Of a stretch of 64,000 nucleotides of DNA, positions 37,901 to 49,982 are shown piece by piece. A model generated the notes under the pieces. It was not told where the DNA came from, ran no database searches, and saw only the letters and a list, made by a program, of their open reading frames with translations. The stretch comes from Azolla caroliniana (lineage: Eukaryota; Plantae; Polypodiophyta). The stretch lies in contig JBHGNT010000007.1 in the NCBI GenBank assembly GCA_043228905.1, positions 9,486,001-9,550,000 of the forward strand, in the 5' to 3' direction. Both the position numbers and the translations under genes were made by a program. Each line of letters starts with the position of its first letter. The stretch's first letter is position 1.

Positions 37901-40193
37901 GGCGCCGGCTACGTTCCAGCGCATAATCATGGAAATCTTTCATGACTACATCCCGGCGTTCATGCAAGTTTTTCTCGACGATTTCGCCGTGTATGGCCAT
38001 CGACGGGAACACATGACCCAGTTACGACTCTGCCTGGACCGATGTTGCCAAGCTCGATTGAGTTTAAACCCGGCGAAATGCGCGTTCTTAGTCACCAACC
38101 GCAACCTTCTCGGCCACATTGTCAGTCAAGAAGGCATCGCTATGGACCCGGATAAAGTAAAGGCAATCCTGGATGCCACCGCACCCTCGAACGCTAAGGC
38201 ACTAAGCCGGTTTTTGGGACAGATCCGGTGGCATAGCCGAATGATACGACACTTGGCCGATTTCGCGACACCCTTACAAGCGGCAGTCCATCGCCTTCCT
38301 TTCCAATGGACGTCAGTCGAGGATACGGCTTATCAGACCCTGAAACGAATGTTGTCACATGCCCCGGTGGTCCAGTCTCCAGTTTGGTCCGAACCGTTTC
38401 ACGTCTTCGTAGATGCTTCAGACATCGCCATCGGAAGTGCTCTGATGCAATGCACACCCCCGAATTGGTATAGGCCCGTGTACTACGCCAACTGACGGCT
38501 CTCGACCGCGGAAAAGAATTACTCCACCACCGAGCGGGAGGCCCTCAGTATGATTTATAGCATCAATAAATTTCGGCATTACCTCTTGGGCCGAAAATTT
38601 ACCTTTCACGTGGATCACTCGGCCCTTATTTATTTGGTCAATAAACAAGCCCTCACCGGACGGTTGGCTCGGTGGATGCTCCTACTACAAGAATTTGATT
38701 TTCAGATTCAGCATCGACCCGGGGTACAACATGCCGTCGCCGATTACTTGAGCCGTCTTGAGTCAGGAGAACCGGCGAAAACAACGTACGACGAGCTACC
38801 GGACGCCAGCCTGTTTAACCTGACCACGGTACCAGACGATAACGGAGATGAATGGATCACGGAGATGACCCATTTTCTCACTACCGGTGTACCTCCTGAG
38901 CACATGACCCTTGACACGAGAAAATGCCTAGCAGTGCGTAGCCGGAATTTTTGCCTCGTCTCGGACATTCTCTACCACAAAGGCTCGGACGGCATATGGC
39001 GCCGAGCGATTCAACAGTTCGAGAAGAACGCCGTTCTTCAGGAAGCCCACCAGGGAGTAGCTGGGGGACACTACGCCGGGGATTCCACTGCAAGGAAAGT
39101 TTGGCAAAGTGGATTATGGTGGCCAACAACGAAGAAAGACGCTCACGAGTTTTGCAGGCAGTGCGATTTGTGCCAACGACTGGGGCAACCAATGGAACAG
39201 TTACGAATGCCACACCAGCCGATTCTTCCGTTGGACCCATTTCAAAAATGGGGTTTGGATTTTGTAGGCCCTTTCAAACCACCCGCGGCCCGAACAAGGA
39301 ATAGATATATTATCGTTGTCACGGATTACTGCACCAAATGGGTCGAGGCTAAGGCACTCCGAGATAACACGGCGGCATCCACGGCTAAATTTGTGTACGA
39401 GCACCTCTGGTGCCGTTACGGATGTCCAATCGAGCTCGTTAGTGACCAAGGTGGGCACTTCATCAATCATATAATACGTGAGCTTACACACCACTATGCG
39501 GTGGTGCACAAGAAAAGCACACCATACTACCCGCAGGCGAACGGCTTGGCAGAATCGACCAATAAAATCCTCCAAACCATACTGAAGAAGATCATCAATG
39601 AAAACAGGACCAATTGGGATGACAAACTCCAGAGCGCGTTGTGGGCATATCGTACGACTTTCAAACCAAGCATACAATCGACCTCCTTTCGAATGGCGTT
39701 CGGGTTAGAAGCCGTAATGCCCGTCGAGTTCCAAGTCCCGAGCCTCCGAGTTCAAGTCAAAGCACGGCTCCCCGAGGCCGAATCCGAGCAATACCGGCTG
39801 GAACAACTCCTCGACCTCGGAGAAGATAGGATAGAGAGTATGGCTCAGCTCGAACAACGCCAACGCCAACGCAAGGCTTTCGTGGATCGACATCGACATA
39901 GGTTGGAGAAGGAGCTCACCATCGGCAAACCAGTTCTTCTTTTCCAAACACGACTCGGGTCAATGCCGGGGAAATTAAGATTTCGGTGGACCGGTCCATT
40001 CTGGATTATCGACGAGTTCAACGGGACGTTCCAGCTTGGCACACTCGCCAGCGACACGGTCAAAAGTTGGGCCAATGGTTTTCGGCTTAGACCATATCGA
40101 GGGACTACACCACCCAACCCGTTTACCGAGCCACACGGCACCAACGAGACTCGGGAGATCACCATGGACGACGCCACGTGTCCCCCTGAATAA
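34923..40193 (+). pseudogene. Gypsy-C gag-pol, single frame with a few nonsense codons
   Basis: Gag with CCHC knuckles; PR IIDGGSGVN; RT FLDDF; RNase H; IN DDE and GPF; start position uncertain. Confidence 0.93.
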
Positions 40194-40724
40194 GGACTCA
40201 CCCACCTTCTTGAAATTAATAAAAGTAGTAGTAGGTAGGATTAACCATAGTTTAGCCACTGTTTAGCTACACCTACACCACCCACCTAGGCACCCACAAT
40301 TTTAGGAGCACCCCTCGCCACCACTCAGTTAGAACCTATTTAAGCTGTTCACACATGCAAACCACATGCAAAGCACTAGAAGCGCCCCACTCACCTTCAG
40401 GACACGTGGTGCTAGTCACTTATTATGGCACCCACGACTCAGAATCTTCAGGATTCGCTGCAGGCACAAAACCCTAGGAATAAGTTACTAAAACCGTTTC
40501 CAAAACGCAGCACAGACCATTACCACTCCCCATCTCCATTGCTCTCAAGATCAGAAACCCCATCTCGCCCTCATCACGCTAAGCGCTCTTGCTCTCAAGC
40601 CCTCTTTCGCTCTCATAACCTCTCTGCTGGACTTCCCCTTCCTGTTGTTCCTCCTGTGGCTCGCCCTCGCCTCATCACTTTGCTTCACGCTTCCACACAG
40701 TCGAACCCAGCCTCCATCTCCACC

Positions 40725-43700
40725 ATGCCTCTTACCGCCTCAACAGAAACCCGCGCCTGGCTCCAGGAACAAGGAATGGGCGGTTACCTGAAGATCATCG
40801 ATGCCCCCGCGCACCCAGATGCCCAAACTGTGGCTAAACGTATAAGTCCCGAAGCCATCACCAACAACGTGCTTCGGGCTGTTTTGGACCTGCAACGGGG
40901 AGGGGACCATGAGGTCAACATACCCCCGGCATCAAAGATGAAGGCGTACTTCGGTGAGTACTCAGCCACAGGGAAGGCATATCGCACGTATGGCGGGCCC
41001 AACAAAGCTTTCGGGGAGATTGCTCGTATATTGATGGAGTATGCGTTCGTGCATACGAACCCAACGAGCATGCCGCAGAACAAGGCAGCCATCATCATCA
41101 GCGATTATGAAGGAAACAGAATCGATTGGGGAATCATCACAGGCGAGGGACTCCGCGCCGCCTTAGCTTCATTTCAGTCCGGTAAGAAGATGTTGTCTGT
41201 TCTTACCCAATTTTTGATGGTGCTATACCCACCCTCTTCGCTTCCTTCCCCTCGCGCACTCACGTCCCCACCACCACCACGAAGGCAGAGAGAGAAATTC
41301 ATGGCCATCAGCCACAAAGCATGGGAGGAGCCCACATCGCCTTCACCCCCTGCCGCCGACCAGAAAACCGCATCTGCACCACCACCCGCCCAACCCCAAC
41401 AAAAAAGGGTAGTTTCTGAGACCTACCAAGAATGGGAGGGGGAGGTAGCCGCGGAAGACAACACGGTTGATGACGTCACCATTCGACAGCCAACGTCACG
41501 CCCCTCGGTAACGTCCCCAGGACCTAGCCCACACCCCAACGCAGAGTAGGCTGCACCACCACGACCCCAGAAAAGGAAGCAGGCGGAGGAAACGACACTA
41601 CCGGCCCCGGAACCCCAAACACAGTCAAGCAAAAGAAGACGACTCAACCACGAGTCCTCGGAAGAACAGAAGGAGCCACATCAGGAGCAAGCCTTAGTGG
41701 TCAGACAAAGCAACCTGGCCATCACCCCTGCGGAGGCATCGCTGAACCAGGGAACGATCGAGCATGGGCAGACAACGCAGATCTCGGAGGATGAAGTCCT
41801 CGGGTATAAAGACCTCCCCGTGGAGGCTTACGAATTTAGTGCGCTCCTACACCTCGGTACGGCATTCGAGCTGGTCGACTTCCTCACCAGAGCCCAAGTC
41901 GTGGCAGCTGCTCGAATGGTGGAAGAGCACGCCGAAACAAAAATGATTCAACGCGCGCTAATAGGTGAAATTGAGCCCCAAGAGGACAGGGCTTTACAAA
42001 AAATCGGGAGGAAGAAGCAAGCAAAACAGGCCGCTCTCCTCATGGAGGTCCCCGAGTTGAACACGGCCCTTATCGAGGCATATCGGGACCTGGATCGCAC
42101 TACGCGGGCAGCCAAAGACATGGCTCGAAAGATAAAAGTAGCCCAAAAACAGGCTAAGATGGCTACAGAACTATGGCACATTGCGAACCAGAAGCTGGTA
42201 GCCTGGGAGTAAAACCGGCCGGAACAACAAGTCCTGAGCCTTCCGATAACGACCATCGAGGCCCTCCCAGCGCCTCCACGCATAACAATGATGGATGAAA
42301 GCACCATCACCGACTCCATCTTGAAGGTGCAAGCCAGTACACAAACGGACTCGTTACAAATGGTCGATGCCTGCACAACAACCGAGGCGGTCACGGCCGT
42401 GGAGCTAACCGAACTACCCGCACCTCGTGCAACCAAGGAAGTGGCAACCCAGACAGAACCTCCGCTCCGGGATTACCGTGCGGAGCTTAAAGAAGAACAA
42501 CGGCGAACCGAGAGACACGAGCAACGACATCAAGAGGCGATGGCTCGCCTAAAAGAAGAAGCTTCCAAGCAGATGGCCGAGATAAGAGCCCAGGCCGACC
42601 AAAGGATACACGAGCAGAACGAAGCACTGGGCCGGGTACAAGCGCAAGCCGCGGCCAAGGAAGCCGAACTCAAAAGCAAGTTGGAGGAATACGCAGCCAC
42701 AGTGGTGAAGAAAGAGAAGGAGGTTCTAGACCTACAAGCCGTGCTCGACAATGCAAAAGACTGGAACCAGCGGCAGGAGGAAAGAAATTGCCAACAGGAG
42801 GAGAGGATGAACACGGAGAATGCCGAGCTGCAGAGTCAGCGTACGACCCTTAAAGAGATGGCTGATGAGTTTTTCATCAAGTGCAAGCTACTTTCAGAGC
42901 AAAAAGACGCCTTATCGGATTCCTACTTCGCCCTTCAAGAAGAGAGAATCGTCGAACGGGAACAAATCCGGGCCACGTGTCAGAAAGAACGGGAGCAGGC
43001 CACCGAAGAACTCACCAAGCGTTACGAGCAGGCTCTCCAGTTCGTATCCACGGATGCAAAGAACAGTCAGGCCATCTATGAGCTAAGGACACAAAAGATT
43101 CAGGCCGAGGTCGACGGCTTAAAACAGGAATTAGCAGCCATCCGAGCACAGCCCGGCATGGATGAGACACGCATCCGCATACTGCTCGAGAAACAGCGCC
43201 AACACCTTACCAAAAAGGTCGAGGAAACATTAAGTCGCGCAGGAGACGAATGGGCAGCCCAAGCTGCCGAATTGCATATTTTACGCGCCGACGCCGAGAA
43301 CCGACGAAAGGAGGGCCGCGGCTTCTACAAAATGGACGAAGCCAACATTCAAAACCTGCGTGCAGATTTAACTGAGGATTACCAGTCCCTAGCAAAATCT
43401 CACACCTCGGCAATCGAGCAAATAATGGAGGACTTCAATGACGGTCAGATGTTGTTTCGCCTGGAAGCAGAAGCCTTCGAACGAGAACGACTCGCAGCCA
43501 TCCCCACCAGCCCTCCAACGGCCACAGAGCAGAAAGAAGAACCTCCCAGCAAGGCGATCACAGACACGGCACAGGAGGAACTTGCCCCGGCCAACAGACA
43601 TCCCTTGGATGCCCACACGGTACCAGAGCCTGTCAAAGGAGAGGTCAACGCCCACGAACCCACACCCCCACCAGAAGAATCGGCCGCACCTGAGGCAGAC

Positions 43701-43820
43701 GCCCGAGAAGATATGCCACCCCCGGACCAAACTCAACCCCCCGCACCGACAGTCCAGCCAGACCACCCTGCCACCACCCCGGACCCCGAAAGCATCCTCG
43801 ACATCTTAAAGGAGGAATGA
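40725..43820 (+). pseudogene. Gypsy-C extra ORF (~1030 aa): conserved N-domain, Pro-rich linker, long coiled coil, conserved acidic tail
   Basis: ORF pieces 40425-41549, 41697-42212 and 42288-43820 are all in one frame, separated only by stops; homologous to the gypsy-A extra ORF. Confidence 0.85.
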
Positions 43821-43875
43821 AACGAGGATCACGCCTAAAAGGCAATTTTTGTAATATTGTAGTATTTTGTAAGTC

Positions 43876-43915
43876 GTGGGTCCGACGGACAAGGTCTTGT
43901 CCCACGGGCGTGCCA
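43876..43915 (+). other. tRNA-3'-half-like, CCA-ending motif at the PPT position of gypsy-C
   Basis: GTGGGTCCGA-cggacaaggtctt-GTCCCACGGGCGTGCCA, ending 2 nt before the 3' LTR. Confidence 0.85.
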
Positions 43916-44381
43916 GGTGTTGTCCAGAGGACAGAAATGTAAAATTAGGAAATTAGCAAACGCCGAGTCCGAGTATCACGGGCCACCGATGGCTCGGCTG
44001 TGTGTTAGGGGAAAAGTTTATTTAAACGAGGAGCAGTACCTCAGAAAAGGGGGAGAGAGAAAAATATAGGCGGAAGCACTAGCTTAGTCATTCGTAATTA
44101 GATAAACTCGTAAGGTCACCGGCCATAGGCCGTGTTCTGTAACCCTTTTCTGCCATAGTAATATATCTTAATTGTGCCTATTTGTGCTGCATCAGTCTGT
44201 GGTTCGATCTATACCTATGAGTTTCACGCCGCCACGTCTATCAAAACCTCGCTAGTGTTTTCTCTCTGAGCCCTGTATCTCTCTCGACGCCTCTGTACGA
44301 GCCTTCACGTACCACGCCCTTGAAGACTGATAGACGCAGATCTATCGAAGGTGTTCACCCAAAGGAACGGGTAACACATTG

Positions 44382-44517
44382 TGGATCCTGCTAACTCATG
44401 ACACTTATGCTCAACTGCAGATACTACATCCAATTCTCTACTTAACAAAGTTTCCCATAGTATATACTTCTTATGAAGAGAACATGCCCCTCTCACATTC
44501 CATGTTACCACTTTCAT
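44382..44517 (-). pseudogene. L1 ORF2 N-terminus (APE endonuclease start)
   Basis: MKVVTWNVRG...ELDVVSAVEHK, cut at the gypsy-C insertion. Confidence 0.85.
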
Positions 44518-44677
44518 TCAATCAACAATGTTATGGGAGCACTTGCTCCTTTAGAGCAACCGATGTCATGAAATTAGTCAAAGCATGCTCCAATGCTGCA
44601 TATGGATTTTCATGCACCACATCCTTAGGGTTTTCTATCGAAATCTTTGTTTTAGGTCCTCCCGCTTGACGAAAACC

Positions 44678-46181
44678 TCAAGAATTCAATGAATTTACAA
44701 CTTGTCCCAATGAATCAAATTGAAGGTGAAGGGGTAATCCCTTATCCCTAGATTGTCGTTGCCAAGGAACTTTTCGAGGGCCCTCCCTAGTTCCTGAATT
44801 ACCTTGCCAAGTAGTCATACGAGTAGTGGGCAAGCTACTACGTTGCATATTCATTGATTTCCCTTTTGACTTGCCCTTAACCTCATGCCAATCTTTGTCA
44901 ACAACATCACTACTAGCTCTATCCAACAGTTTTTTCCCCTTATCTTTAACCACTAAACTTTGTTTTTCCATATCCATAGATTCAATTCCCTTATTCTTAG
45001 GGCCCAAACCTTGAAGTGAGACCTCTTTATAACCTGCTCTAGGTGATGTTCCTTCATCCACAAAATCTGACACACCAACATCTCTCCCAACTCCTTCCTT
45101 ATCGTTCCCTTCAATAGGAACCTTTGTAGTTGAAGGACAATGATCGTGGCATTCCGCCATAAAGTGACCCCATTCACCACATCCAAAACAATGACCTGCA
45201 AATGTCTCCCACTTCAATTTAAAACAAAGACTTCTCATACCAAGAGCATTCATACACACCCATCTTGGCCTCTTGTGACTTGTATCCCATAACACACAAA
45301 ATCTGCACTTATTTGTAGCATTTGCATGTGGAGATACCAACACTTTACCCATTTGACTCATCAACTCTGAAAAAAAGTGGCCATAAAAAAGCATGCTTAC
45401 AATCCACTGTAACCCAAACAGGACATTCTTGTTTTAACAAAGCATGATAGTCCTTTACGGGGGACCATTGCATAACATGCACCAATTGTTTATCAAAAAA
45501 CACAGGAACTTTACCCAACAATGCACTTCGATGCTCCGGTGAACGAAATACCACATCATAAAACCCTCGTGGTCCCGCATATATATTTTCAACACAATTT
45601 GGTGACACGATTGTGTTCAACCATTGTTTAATCCAATTAACATATGGGAGTTTGCCAGTAAAAAATAATATGACAACACGATCATAAAATACATCAAATG
45701 ATTGCAAAACTACCTTAGCATCAACTTCCACATCATGCACATCCTCTTCAATGCATTCTTTCGTTGCATTTTCATTTTCTTCCACAATATCCGACAATAA
45801 GGTATTGGCAATTCCCCATAAATTATCCCAATTACAGTGATCCTTGTCAACTTCATCTACATGTATTATTTCGGCATATGTTAATTTTTTCTCATTAATT
45901 TCTTCAATTCCCTTAAACCTCTTAGAGCTTCCAATGTCTTCCCTTTCACGATTACATTCAACCATCACATTACTCTTTTTTGGATCGATTGTTTCCATAT
46001 CAATATCCCCCACAAATTGTGAGGAATTCATGTTTATGTCCATCATTATATCGATCCGGGATAAAAACAATTTTTCATGAACAAGAGAGAAAATCAGAAC
46101 TCGCCCGATTGAAGAGGTCGAAGATTTTGAAAGCAATCGAAGACCCATTATGAGTTTTGAGTATGTGGATGCCGACAACAC
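44678..46181 (-). pseudogene. L1 ORF1 (RRM-like region plus zinc knuckle), frameshifted near 45350-45390
   Basis: GFYDVVF, WSP...CPVWV, CFGCGEWGHFMAEC. Confidence 0.85.
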
Positions 46182-46771
46182 ACGATTCCTTATTGTTATC
46201 GCTGCTTCTCGTACAAACCGTCAAATTCAACTTGCTATATCTCGTTGCGAAGCTCTACTCGAGGGCTTTCCAACGCTTATCTTTGTGCTCAATTCCGTTA
46301 CCGATAGAGAGTGCAGCAATAAAAACAAATTCGCTTCTTCTTCCCTTCTCCACTCTTGCGTTTTTTCCTCCCTCCCTCCCTCTCTCTCTATGTACGTATA
46401 TATGTGTAGCAATCTATGAATGAATATATGTATGTACATGTATGAATGTACGTATGTGTATATATGTAATGTATTATTTTTGGGATATTTTCATGTCTAG
46501 TATGTGTATGGATCGTATATGAATTTATGTTTTCAATATGTACGTAATATGCGGCCATATATCCAATGTGTGTGTATGTATGTATGTATGTATGTATGTA
46601 AGTATTGTAGGTTGTATGTTCCATATAACCTATATATATATGGCGATATGTGGAATATGTATGTATATATGTAATGCAGTGTATGTAAATTTGTATATTG
46701 TGTAATATGAATGGATCATATGATATGTAATATGTAATTTTTATGCATGTATTAACATCTGTCAATACATA

Positions 46772-47275
46772 TGGCTTATTATAATATGTATGTAGCATGT
46801 ATGCATTTACATATTTGTATTTATGTATGTGTATGTACATATCTACATATGGTAATATATATTTGTATACATATTCATGTTTAGTCAGTATGCATGTATA
46901 AATGGGTGTAATGTATGTATATACATATTTATGGATGTAATGTTTAAATGTAGGTACATATATGCATGTATGCATGTATATGTATGAATGCCACTCCAAA
47001 TTTGGCTATTGTTTGCACAATATATTCTTTATTATCTCATTGAAATATCTAATATTTCATGGGCTTATTATAATATGTATGTAGCATGTATGCATTTACA
47101 TATTTGTATTTATGCATGTGTATGTACATATCTACATATGATAATATATATTTGTATATATATTCATGTTTAGTCAATATGCATGTACATATAAATGGGT
47201 GTAATGTATGTATATACATATTTATGGATGTAATGTTTAAATGTAGGTACATATATGCATGTATGCATGTATACA

Positions 47276-47308
<33 letters not shown>

Positions 47309-47395
47309 TGTATGCCACTCCAAATTTGACTATTGTTTGCACAATATATTCTTTATTATCTCATTGTTTAATATCTAATATTTCATGGGCTTATG
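46772..47395. repeat. ~290-bp tandem duplication within AT-rich (TATG)n low-complexity DNA
   Basis: The block GGCTTATTATAATATGTATGTAGCATG... recurs near 46772 and 47062. Confidence 0.8.
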
Positions 47396-47572
47396 TAACT
47401 TTTTTCTATAGCATAATTGATAATACCCTTATGTAAATATATTTTTTATGCATTTGTTAATACCCTTATATATATATATACATTCTGTATCTCAATGGTT
47501 AATTTAAACCCCTTTTGATGAACCCATGTGCTATCATACAAGTTTTCACAATGAAGCCCCCGGGATCGACAA

Positions 47573-47670
47573 CCAATAATGTCGCGGACGCATTAACCAA
47601 GTGTCTTTCGACGGATCGATTTCGATCCCTTAGGCAACACATGGGCGTAATGAAGAATCAATTCGATTAA
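47573..47670 (+). pseudogene. Copia-B RNase H C-terminus
   Basis: NNVADALTKCLSTDRFRSLRQHMGVMKNQFD*. Confidence 0.88.
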
Positions 47671-47704
47671 ATTGGACACTCAGGATGTTCCTTGGATACT
47701 AGAC

Positions 47705-47876
47705 TTCGGTTGTTCTAAACTTTGTATCAATCTGTATTATATACTCATTTCGATTATAGATTTCGGATGTATACGCCCATTACGGGGGAGTGTTCCCGTA
47801 ATGGGCGTATACATCCGAAATCTATAATCGAAATGAGTATATAATACAGATTGATACAAAGTTTAGAACAACCGAA
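47705..47876. repeat. Perfect 82-bp inverted repeat with 8-nt loop spanning the PPT/3' LTR junction
   Basis: 47705-47786 is the exact reverse complement of 47795-47876. Confidence 0.95.
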
Positions 47877-48167
47877 CACACTAGACTTAGGCTACTTATG
47901 TAAATAGTGAAAAGGGCAGTTGCCCTAAGTTAGTCAATATATATAAACTGACTTTGTAAATTAATTACGGTTGATCGCACATTTTGTAAAAGTTGTAATA
48001 AACTTCCTTGACATTTGTGCCTACCTGTCTATGACTCTCTCTCTTGCGTACGAGTTGTTTTCTTTTCTATCTTTGCTGCCATCAAAGCTATGATCTTGCA
48101 TCCATTTACGTTCTTATCCTAGAAGAGTGTTGATCTTGTTCCGCATTAGAAGACGGTGTTCCCAACA

Positions 48168-49982
48168 CACAGTTGGTGTGATATTTGAAACATGTGGCCA
48201 CCAATGACAATATCAAGCTGTCGGATCAACCCTAGTGGTCGAACCATGCTAGTGTCGGCCATTCGTAGCAGAAAAGGACATGCTTCCCAAGTGGTAATGC
48301 CCAAGCAATCACAGGTAGTATTATTAATTACATTCACTCCTTATCTACCATCGACTATGCTACCTAACAGTTCTTGGTTGTGAATGATAACCTTAATTAT
48401 CAGACTTCGCTCCATTATTGTCGGTCCTTTGATTGGATTGGTAAATTTTACCAACACCTTTTCCGAATCTCTCTTGGTGATAATAGTGGCGACCTTTTCT
48501 ATAAATCGAGGCACCAGTTTCAGTAATCTTGTTAGTGGTAATGATATTTGGCAATCTACCAAGACTTTCCATGCTTCATCTTCCTTTGGCATAACAATCG
48601 GTAGTTCCTGTTGTCTACTTTCCGACTTGTTGGTCATGACATTTGGCAGATTACTTTCTTGTAGCATCCGAGCAACATTGTTGTTGTTCGCCTTGTCAAC
48701 CGACTCCTTTGCTGCTTTGCGCATCACTTCCTGTATATCCCACTCTAATTGTTTAGCCACCAAGAAAGTTTCCTTCACATCCTCTTCTAGAAGAGTCCTG
48801 TCCAATTGTCACTGAAGGTTTTGAAACTGAATAATGAATTGTGGCATGGTTTCATGGGCTTCTTGGTAAGCTGCGTAAAACTAGCTCATTAATTCCCTCT
48901 TTGGAACTTGTCGACTCATGCTGGGAGTACCAATTCACCGACTGAGCGTTGAGCGATAATCCAAACTCTGCAATCTTTGATTTGTCAGCATCCGATTCCG
49001 ACAATCTTTGCGATACATCATTCGCTTGCCATGTCATGAGAAAAGTGTGCACATGCGCTTTTGCGTCGGCTTCATCATTATACTAAGGGTAGGGATACGA
49101 CATTGTATCCTCTTCACAAAATTGAACTACGTACCTTTGGTCGGACGACTCCTCGTCCAAACTACTGTCGGTAGTTAAATCTGGAAGTGCTCTCTGTTCC
49201 CCTTCAGCTGCCTATCGGACTTGTTCGGCAACCTCCGAACTATCGGAAATACCACCTTCTGCACGTCGGCTCTCCGGTCACATGCGTCGTCTTCTGCTTT
49301 CTGCAGGTTGATCTATATTCGGTCGACTAGAAGACATCCATTCTCCCTTGTTCTCCGCATATAGTAGATGTAATCGGGCATACCAAAATATTTTGTTGAT
49401 CTATCGACATTTGACCGTTGTAACCGACATACACAATAGGTCGAACGTTAGACTCTAAACGTTCGGTCAAGATGATTGTGGTGGAGAGATGGATAGATTG
49501 ACGCTAGTCTTACGCCCAGACCCGATATACAAAACTCTAAGTTACTATGATATACTTATGGTCAACTATTAGATGTAATATAGCTTGTGCAATAGAGACC
49601 ATATTCGAACCTTTGACACAGAGATAGTTAGAAAACTTACGACACAATGTAGTCAACACAGTAGATACTCTAACTACTAAACTGATATTACTCAAAATAG
49701 ACTAATACAATTATAGTGCTCTCGTTCCCTTTTTATAGGTGACCCGAGAGTCTCTCTACCAAGATTACACTTGCCTTATTCGGCAAGAGCTACAACAAAA
49801 CTATCCTAACTAACTTACTATATTTTATACTTGACAAAATACATTATATTAATTTCCGTCCTTTTCATATTCTGATTCTATCTTTGTCCTTTCAACCTTC
49901 CGAGTACTATTCACATTGTCGACTCTAAGTATTGTCGACTCTGACTCCGACCATTCGACTCTAGGTAGCCAATCGGCTAACA
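48168..49982 (-). mobile_element. Degenerate gypsy H (A/C lineage): 5' LTR, PBS, gag-PR remnant
   Basis: LTR 49394-49982 (TGTTAG...TCAACA on -); decayed PBS TGGTATGCCCGATTAC near 49371-49386; peptides TWQAND, KIAEFGLSL and LRMADTSMVRPLGLIR match A and C. Confidence 0.8.

Larger units (their letters stand above)
34274..44376 (+). mobile_element. Ty3/gypsy non-chromovirus LTR retrotransposon C, same lineage as A, no PPT
   Basis: LTRs 34274-34731 and 43918-44376 (about 10 differences by eye); TSD CATTG; PBS TGGCACGCCCGGT 34737-34749. Confidence 0.95.
30495..46380 (-). mobile_element. Near full-length L1-clade LINE, interrupted by gypsy-C
   Basis: ORF1, APE endonuclease, RT and zf-RVT-like domains on the minus strand; both ends abut (TC)n tracts; ends approximate. 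Confidence 0.85.
28317..47564. mobile_element. Non-autonomous TIR DNA transposon (about 3.3 kb of own sequence) carrying a nested LINE and gypsy-C
   Basis: Terminal inverted repeats CCCGGGGGCTCCACT / AATGAAGCCCCCGGG; 8-bp TSD ATTGACAA (28309-28316) / ATCGACAA (47565-47572); subterminal CCCTTAT repeats; removal restores EKI-STTNNVADALTK. Confidence 0.82.
9427..48167 (+). mobile_element. Ty1/copia LTR retrotransposon (Copia-B) expanded to 38.7 kb by nested insertions
   Basis: 5' LTR 9427-9765; PBS TGGTATCAGA 9768-9777; PPT GGGGGAG 47784-47790; 3' LTR 47791-48167; candidate TSD CGCGG/CACAG (two CpG transitions). The coding sequence rejoins across all three insertions. Confidence 0.88.

Noticed and set aside
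40725-43820. Extra ORF as a retroviral env gene
   Set aside because: No signal peptide or transmembrane segment is visible; the protein is hydrophilic and coiled-coil.
46388-47436. Long Y/I/H/M/C-rich ORFs (also 28448-28780 and 29409-29626)
   Set aside because: Translations of (TA)/(TG)/(TATG) low-complexity DNA.
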